A DNA stretch of 64,000 bases from the human T2T-CHM13v2.0 reference genome, Homo sapiens. Of the stretch, positions 56,525 to 64,000 are shown piece after piece. The stretch is taken from the NCBI RefSeq assembly GCF_009914755.1, contig NC_060931.1. One strand, 5' to 3'. The translations under genes and the position numbers were made by a program. The notes below the pieces were generated by a model, which did not search any database, was not told the origin of the DNA, and saw only the letters and a list, made by a program, of their open reading frames with translations. Each line of letters starts with the position of its first letter. Position 1 is the first letter of the stretch.

Positions 56525-57304
56525 CTGGATAGATATTTCTAAGTGGACAGCAAGTTAAAGATATTTATGTTGCATGTAAATGCTCACAAATATGTGACCA
56601 CAAGAGAGGAGAATTTTAATAGGTGGATAAGATGGATCATTCTATAATTCTTGTCATTATATTAAGCTTATGAAAAAATTGGCCATTGTGTCAGAAATGA
56701 GGCCATGCAACACCTACTTCTACTCACTAAGGTTAAGCTACTCACTAACGTTGAGCAACTTCTCACTGCCCAATTGCCAAATCAGATGTGAACATTTAAC
56801 CTCCCATATAACATAATTTACCAGGGGAGAATTAGTCAGCTACATATTGGCAGGTTGATTACATTGAGTCATTTCCATCTTAGAAGAGGCCTTACTTTAT
56901 TCTCACTGAAAGAGACACTTGCTCTGGATATAGATTTTCCTTTCCTATCCTCAATGCCTCTGCCAAAATCACCACCTTTGGACTTACAGAAAGCCTTATC
57001 CACCATCATGGTGGATACCATCACGTTATTCCACCTAACACCACTTCTGGTGAAGGACATCTTTCACAACAAATGAAGTAGAGCAATTGGTTCATGTTCG
57101 TAGAATTCATTTGTCTTACCATATTCCTTATGAACTTGAAACCACTGGCCTGTTAAAATGGTTGAATGGCCTTTGGAAGAGTCAGTTACACTATCAGTTA
57201 GATGGCACCCCCTGGCAAAACCGGAGCAATGTTTTCCAGGGTGCGGTGTATACCGTAAATCATTATTCAATATATGGTGCTGCTCTCCCATTTGCCAGTA
57301 TCTA

Positions 57305-60300
57305 AAAATTTGTTTAAAACAAATGGAAGAAAATAACTAAGAAAAGAGCAAGAGTTATGAAATTTAAAAATAAAATCAATGTAACCAAGAGCTGATTCTT
57401 TCAAAAGATAAAGTTGATAAATATTGACCACATTGATCAAAGTAAAGAAAAAGAAAGAAAACACAAAAATTACTAATAACAAGAGCAAAAGAGAGGATGC
57501 CACAACAGATTAGACAGGCACTAAAAGATAAAAAGGAAATATTATGAATAACTTTTTTTGTAATAATTTGAATATGTAGATTAAATAAATTCCTTAACAG
57601 ACATAAACTACTGAAACTCACTCAAGGACAAATAGATAACTTTAAAAGTTTTAAACTATTAAATGTATTGATTTGTGATTTAAAAGTTTCCAGAATGGAA
57701 TATTTACATTCAGAAAGCTTTAATGGAAAAATTCTATCAAAATTTTAAGGTATAAATAATACTAATTCTACCCAAACTCTTGGAGAAAATAGAGGAGGAT
57801 TGAACATTCTCCATCTCATTTTATAAAGTCAGCGTTACCCTGAGACCAAAGCTAGGCTAAGATGTTACAAAAAAAAAAAAAAAGAAGAAAGCTATACAAC
57901 AATATACCTCATATACATAGATAGATGAATACTAAACAAATTAATAGAAAATCAAAGATAGCAACATTTCAAATATCATACCTCATAAGCAAGTCATTTT
58001 ATCCCAAGAATGCAAGGTTGATTCAATTTTTGAAAATCAATTAATGTTATTTACTAAAGAAAAAACCCATAAACTTACTTTAACAGATAAAGGCATTAGA
58101 CAAAATCCAAGATATATTTATGAGAAAAACTCTATAAATATTAATATAAGACCTCATAAGACATCTATGAAAAACCTGCAGCTAATATAATACTTAATGG
58201 TAAAAGACTAATTTTTCCCTCTGACAGTGGAAATAAGTCAAGGATGTCTTTTCTCACCACTATTACTAAACATCATGTTGAAGATTATAATCAATAATAA
58301 AGAAAAGAAAAAACTCAAACAACTTGGAAAACAAGAAATAGAAATGCCTTTGTTCACAGATCCCATGATGTCTATGTAGCAAATCACCAAAAAAAAAAGT
58401 AGAAGAAAAAATTACTAGAATTACTCTGTGAAGAAAGTGAATTTAGGAACTTTCCATGGTACAAAGCCAATATAAATAGTCAACTTTATTTCTACATATT
58501 AACAGTAGAAAAATTGGAAATTAAAATAGAAAATAGGGTAATTTACAATGTCATCAAAAACAGAACATCAGAACATGTAAAGATAAATTTAGTAAAACCT
58601 GAAAAAATCATATGTAAAATGTATACGCTATGAACTACAAAACTTAATGAGAAAAATCAGAGAAGATATAAACAAATAGAGATATATACCATGTTAATTG
58701 ACTACAAGGAAATATTTTAAGATATCAATGCTCTTCAAATTAAACAATAGAGTCAATGCAATCTCTACCAAATCTCAGCCGGGTGTTCTGGGTAGAAATC
58801 AACAAGTTGATTTCTAAATTTACATTAAAAAGTAGAAGACTAAGAAGAGCCAAGGTATTTCATAAAAGAAGAAAGGTCCAGAAGTCACACAACCTGATTT
58901 CAAGACTTACTGTAAGTTTATAACATAGAGACATTCTATCCTTGCCTAAAGGACAAACATACAAATCACTGGAAAATAAGAAGGGTGTAGAAATAAGCCA
59001 ACAAATATATGGCCAATTGATTTTTGTCAAAGACGACCACGTAATTCAGTGGAGAAAAGGGAATCTTTTCAAGAAATTATGCTGGAAAATTGGATGCCCA
59101 TATGCAATAAAAATGAGCTTCAACATATGCTTCATATGACTTATAAAAATTAACTCAAAATTCATCATGGATTTTAATGTAAAACCTAAAATTATAAAAC
59201 TCCTAGTAGGAATCATAGTGGAAAATCATTGTGGTTCTGGATAAGTCCATAAAAATATAACCCATGAAACAAAGTGAACAAATTGATTTCATCAAATACC
59301 AAACATCTTTTTTTTTCTAAAGTAACTATTAAGAAGCTGAGAAGATAAGTCAATGACTGGGAGAAAAATGACATATCTGATTCAAATAACCTATTTATAT
59401 AAAGTACTTATATCCACAGAATTCTGACAGCTCAATTAAAGAAAAAAATGGCCCAATTTTTAAAAATCAAGAAAATATTTGAGCACATACTACATCAAAG
59501 AGGAAACATGGATGGCAAAGAAACACACTATTAGTAATAAGGGCAATGTAAATATAACTACCAAGAGATATTGCGCCTATTAGAATGTGAAAGTCAAAAC
59601 GCAAATAGATGACACCAAGTGCTGATAAGGAGTACAGCAATTGCAACTCTCATACATTGCTCCTAGAAAAGCAAAATGGTACAGAAACCTTGGAAAACAC
59701 TTTGGCCGTTTCTTAATATTAAAATGTATACTTACCTACATGCCAGTAATACTGTTTCTAGGCAGTTTCCCACAATAAATAAAAATACATGTCTACACCA
59801 AGACCTGTATGCAAACATTCACAGCAGCCTTATACTTTACACCAAAAATTATAAACAACCCTAATATCAGTCAGCTGGTGAGTGGGCAACTAAATTGTGA
59901 CAATGGTATCACTGAGCAATAAAAAGAAGCAAACTGCTGATACATGTAATGACATAGATGGCCCTAAAAGGCATTAGGCTAAATAAAAGAGGTTACATAC
60001 AAAATACTGTTACTTATAATTACCTTGATATCACATTCTAATAAAGGCAAACATATAGCCACAGAAATCAGATTAGCGGTTTCCAAGGCTTGGGGATGAT
60101 AGGAGGGTAATAACTGCAAAGGAACAAGAGAGGACTTTATTAGGATCATGTAACCGATGTAATGGATATTATGTAAATGTCCATAACTGACTTGTAGGAA
60201 CATTTCTAACTTTTTAGGGTAATATTCTACACCTTGATTGTTGTGATGGTTATATGACTTTGTACATTTGTCAAAATGCAAAGAATTTTAATTCTAAAAA

Positions 60301-60340
60301 GAATAAATTTCACTGTTTGTAAATTAGTGCTCCAATATAA
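57305..60340 (+). mobile_element. About 3-kb old L1 (L1MC/L1MD-like) ORF2 plus 3'UTR
   Basis: Colinear ORF2 motifs (CAAGAATGCAAGGTTGATTCAA, CAAGGATGTCTTTTCTCACCAC, TTGTTCACAGAT..CATGAT, CCTGATTTCAAGACTTAC) and L1MD-type 3' end CATTTGTCAAAA. Confidence 0.88.
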
Positions 60341-60348
60341 CTAACTTT

Positions 60349-60505
60349 TGAGGGAAGGAGGGGAGTGAGGGTTGAAAAAAATTACCTACTGGGTACACTG
60401 TTCAGTATTTGGGTGATGGGTACACAACAAACCCAATCCTCACCATGACACCTATAATACCCATGTAACAAGTACATGTACTCCTTGAACGTGAAATTTT
60501 TAAAG
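60349..60505 (+). mobile_element. Short L1PB-type 3' end
   Basis: GAGGGTTGAAAAAAATTACCTACTGGGTAC..TTTGGGTGATGGGTACAC..CCCATGTAACAA. Confidence 0.8.
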
Positions 60506-60995
60506 AGAAGTAATTGAAGAAAATTATAGATAGAAATGTCCACATGGCCGCATGCTTTCTTATCTACTGTTACGTCCAATGAGAAAACTTCAGATGGGTG
60601 TTGGATTAAGCAAAAGATAGGTAAAGTGCTCAGCCACATTTAAGGGTACAGGAGAGGAGAATCTAGTATATTATGGTTTATTGATGTATTTATTATTCTC
60701 CTATCTGCTGCTCTCAGTTCTAAATCTCTTTTAGATGAGGTTTTCTTTTTTAATTGAAACTGCGAAGTTTGATGAAACCATATTTCACCCAACAATGGCA
60801 TTGATTACAGACATGAAATGAATGCTTTTTAAATACCTTCAGCCAAAATACAAAAGAAATTTTCTTATTGCAAACATAATTTCCCTTTGTAATGTTGCTT
60901 GAAAAGTTGACCAACTAAATATCAATATTATAAAACAGTCAAACATGCATGAGAGTCAAGGTTAAATTGGCCGGAATTTAAAAACCACTAAAGAG

Positions 60996-60997
<2 letters not shown>

Positions 60998-61026
<29 letters not shown>
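60998..61026. repeat. (CA)14 microsatellite
   Basis: Read directly. Confidence 0.95.
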
Positions 61027-61032
<6 letters not shown>

Positions 61033-61559
61033 CAAACAGATAAATATTTCAGATAGAACATCCAAAATTCATTCAATGGAATACAATTCTATAGTCTGAA
61101 CTCATTATTGGCTCAAAAATCAGATATTGACCATAATGAAACATGCAGAAGGATCTTTTAGGGGAGATTATAGTTACATGCAATTATCTGCTATTCCATT
61201 TACACTGACAGAGAAGCTATATTCTCCAGGAAGCAATTTTTACTTAGACAGAGAGTTGTCACTATTGATTATAGAAAACTGATCATGTTTTCTCAGCATA
61301 AGCTCACTTGGTCTATCACAGTTTCCCTATCTAACAAAAAACAGCTTTCCTATCTAACAAAAATCATTGACTTCCTTGTTGATTTGCCTTATGTGTTAAC
61401 ATTTCTAATATCTTCCGTGTAGGTATGTTACTAATGACACTTTTCATAGTTATGAAACCAGAGAAGTGATGAGTATAATTTGCCTTTGTCAACCACTGAT
61501 TATCTCTGCTAAAGGAAGCTCAGCTCAATATGACTAGATAAGTAAACCTCTTTTAAAAG

Positions 61560-61689
61560 CTATTGGTCTTCAACCCTGGTTTTCCATTAGTACCACCTGA
61601 GGAGCTTTAAAAAATACAGAAACTTAGTGTCACATTTCCAGTTCTCTCACCCCAGATATTTCAGTGTCTTGGATAATTCCCAGACGTCA

Positions 61690-61692
<3 letters not shown>
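61560..61692 (+). mobile_element. MER5-type hAT MITE, truncated
   Basis: TTCAACCCTGG..CATTAGTACCACCTGAGGAGCTTTAAAAAATAC..CACCCCAGA..CAGTATTTTT. Confidence 0.65.
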
Positions 61693-61732
<40 letters not shown>

Positions 61733-61778
61733 AGACAGAGTCTCTCTCTGTTGCCAGGCTGGAGTGCAGTGGCACGAT
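61693..61778 (-). mobile_element. Alu 3'-terminal 47 bp (AluSc-like) with a T39 tail
   Basis: T39 GAGACAGAGTCTCTCTCTGTTGCCAGGCTGGAGTGCAGTGGCACGAT, then an abrupt end. Confidence 0.9.
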
Positions 61779-61939
61779 AGAAAACACAGAATTAAGCTAT
61801 TGGGGTTTTTTTTTCCTTCTTTTGACCTTTATAAGAACTAGATATGAGTGGAAAATTGATTGATATTAATTTCACTAATAGTGATTCCTCCCACCTGCTC
61901 TGAGAGCAAGACATGAACAGTGAAGGAGTTCTGGGCATC

Positions 61940-62220
61940 TGATATGGTTTAGATCTGTGTCCCCACCCAAATCTCATGTTGAAATGTAATCCCCAATGCT
62001 GGTCGTGGGCCCTGGTGAGAGGTGATTAGATCTCCTGCTCTGGCCATGTGAAGTGCCTCACTTCCCATTTGCCATCTGCCATGATTGAAAGCTTCCTGAG
62101 GCCTCCCCAGAAGTTGATGCTGCCATGCTTCCTGTACAGCCTGCAGAACTGTGAGCCAATTAAACCTCTTTTCTTTATAAATTACCCAGTCTTGGGTGTT
62201 TCTTTATACCAGTTTAATAC
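61940..62220 (+). mobile_element. MSTA/MSTB MaLR LTR with an internal deletion
   Basis: TGATATGGTTTAGATCTGTGTCCCCACCCAAATCTCATG..CCTGCAGAACTGTGAGCCAATTAAACCTC. Confidence 0.9.
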
Positions 62221-62284
62221 TTATAATTTCTACAATCTTAAATTTTTAACCTAACAACTTTTAACTATCCTCTACTGTCTTGAT

Positions 62285-63185
62285 GTCTCTCTTACTTCCT
62301 TACCCAGCTTAAATTCTAAGGTCAGTCATCATAAACATTTCCTTGCATACATCCTCAGCTTCCTTGCAACATCTCTGACTTTATAAAACTTGTTTGGCCA
62401 AGTATATCCAATGTATTAATCCCTTCATTCTTGCAGCTGAGTGTGGCTGGAGAAAAACACACAACCTGTTGATTGGTTTTGCTTTTAATACATGACCAGA
62501 AACCTCATATGGGCCCTTTATGCTTCCATACAATTATACTATATGCAATTATAGACATTCTTTTTCTTAACTAGACACTTTTTCCCCTAGCCTCAATCTG
62601 AGCTAATTATTTTATATCTTACAGAGAAAATGGAAACAATTAGAAAAGAACTTTTGGATATTTCCATCACGTATCTTCCAACCTCCCAGCATTAGTTTTC
62701 ACACCCTCTGCCTTATAAATGTAGCACCAGAGATAAATCATGCATGCTTTTTTTTTTTTTTTCTAAATCCAGTTTCTCCTCTTCTGCACTGGTTCCTCTC
62801 CTGGATCGCCTACTTAAGAACATCTTTCCAACAATTCACACCTTGAAATCCCATTTTTGAGTGTTTACTCATTACTAGATCTTTTCCGTTGACATAGACA
62901 GTATGCTGCAATTTACCCTCTCCCTACCAAAATCAAAAACAAAAACCAAAAAAGAACAAAAAAGCTCAATTTTTTTTAGATCTTTCATTTACTGTCTCCA
63001 CTTCCTTTTCTCCCATTCTCTTTGAAGTCACCCCCACTAGATTTTACCCTCACCACTCCACTAAAAATGCTTTCCCAAGGTCACCAGTGATGTTCAAACT
63101 GATAAATCCAATGGTTGATCCTAAGATCTCATTTTAATTGACATATCAGAAGCGTTTGACCCTGATGATTAGTTCTTCCTTCTTA
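62285..63185 (+). mobile_element. L2 fragment
   Basis: GCAGCTGAGTGTGGCTGGAGAAAAACACACAACC; CACCACTCCACTAAAAATGCT..CAAGGTCACCAGTGA..TAAATCCAATGGT. Confidence 0.82.
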
Positions 63186-63198
63186 ATATATATTAATA

Positions 63199-63562
63199 TG
63201 TTATGGACTAAATGTTTGTGTCCTCCCTGAATTCCTATGTTAAATCGCTAACCCCAATGTAATGGTATTTGGAAATGGAGCCTTCGGGAGGTAATTAGTT
63301 ATAGATAATGTCACAAGGATGGGACTCCATGATAGGATTAGTGTCCTTAGAAGAAGGAAGACTACAACTCCTTCTCTCCACCCTGTGAGGACACATCCAG
63401 AAGAAGGTCTTCAGCAAACCAGGATGTGGTACCTCACCTAGAAATAAATCAGTGTGCATCTTAAACTTGGACTCCCCACCCTCCAGAACTGTAAAAAATA
63501 CATGGCTGTTGTTGAAGCCACATAGTCTACAGTATTTTAGTAAAGCGACCTGAGCTAAGATA
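63199..63562 (+). mobile_element. MLT1A-type MaLR solo LTR
   Basis: TGTTATGGACTAAATGTTTGTGTCC..CCTCCAGAACTGT..GAGCTAAGA. Confidence 0.9.
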
Positions 63563-63621
63563 ATATATTTCTTTCTTTTTTTTCTTTTTTTGAAGTTTTC
63601 ACAGTATTTCTAATGAGGTTC

Positions 63622-64000
63622 TTTTTTAAATTTTTATTTAGGTTTTGGGATACATGTGCTGAGAGTGCAGGTTTGTTACACAAGTATACACGTGCCACAG
63701 TGATTTGCTGCACCTATCAACCCGTCTTCCAGGTTTTAAGCCCTGCATGCATTAGGTATTTGTCCTAATGCTCTCCCTTCCCTTTCTGCCCACCCCCAGA
63801 CAGGCCACCGTGTGTGATGTTCCCCTCCCTGAGTCCATGTGTTCTCATTGTTCAGTTCCCACATGTAAGTGAGAACATGCAGTGTTTTGTTTTCTGTTCC
63901 TGTGTTAGTTTGCTGAGGATGACGGCTTCCAGCTTCATCCATGTCCCTGCAAGGACACAAATTCATTCTTTTTTATGGCTGCATAGTATTCCATGCTGTA
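63622..64000 (-). mobile_element. L1PA (PA8-like) 3' end, running off the window
   Basis: AGGTTTTAAGCCCTGCATGCATTAGGTATTTGTCCTAATGCTCTCCC 3'UTR block. Confidence 0.9.

Overview
AT-rich primate genomic DNA, intergenic or deep intronic. It is very likely human, because it carries an Alu with the AluYa5 diagnostic bases. I can support no intact protein-coding gene, RNA gene or CRISPR array; the recognisable ORFs in the track come from decayed retroelements (L1 ORF2, ERVL pol, Alu). Roughly half of the window is interspersed repeat: 15 Alus or Alu fragments, a 5'-inverted L1PA, older L1M/HAL1/L2/MIR pieces, two ERVL pol-containing remnants, an ERV1 (MER4-group) internal region with nested MaLR LTRs, several solo LTRs and three hAT MITEs. 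The most interesting non-repeat signal is a dense, exactly phased cluster of POU/Pit-1-type TATTCAT sites at about 28.95-29.17 kb, a candidate enhancer. The window also holds several readable rearrangement scars: a twin-primed L1 lacking its RT core, a deletion-inversion-deletion inside ERVL pol, templated patchwork insertions, a head-to-tail Alu pair sharing three copies of one target site, and a 49-bp dispersed doublet. Repeat subfamily names are from memory of consensus sequences and need RepeatMasker/Dfam confirmation. I did not find a convincing new biological system.
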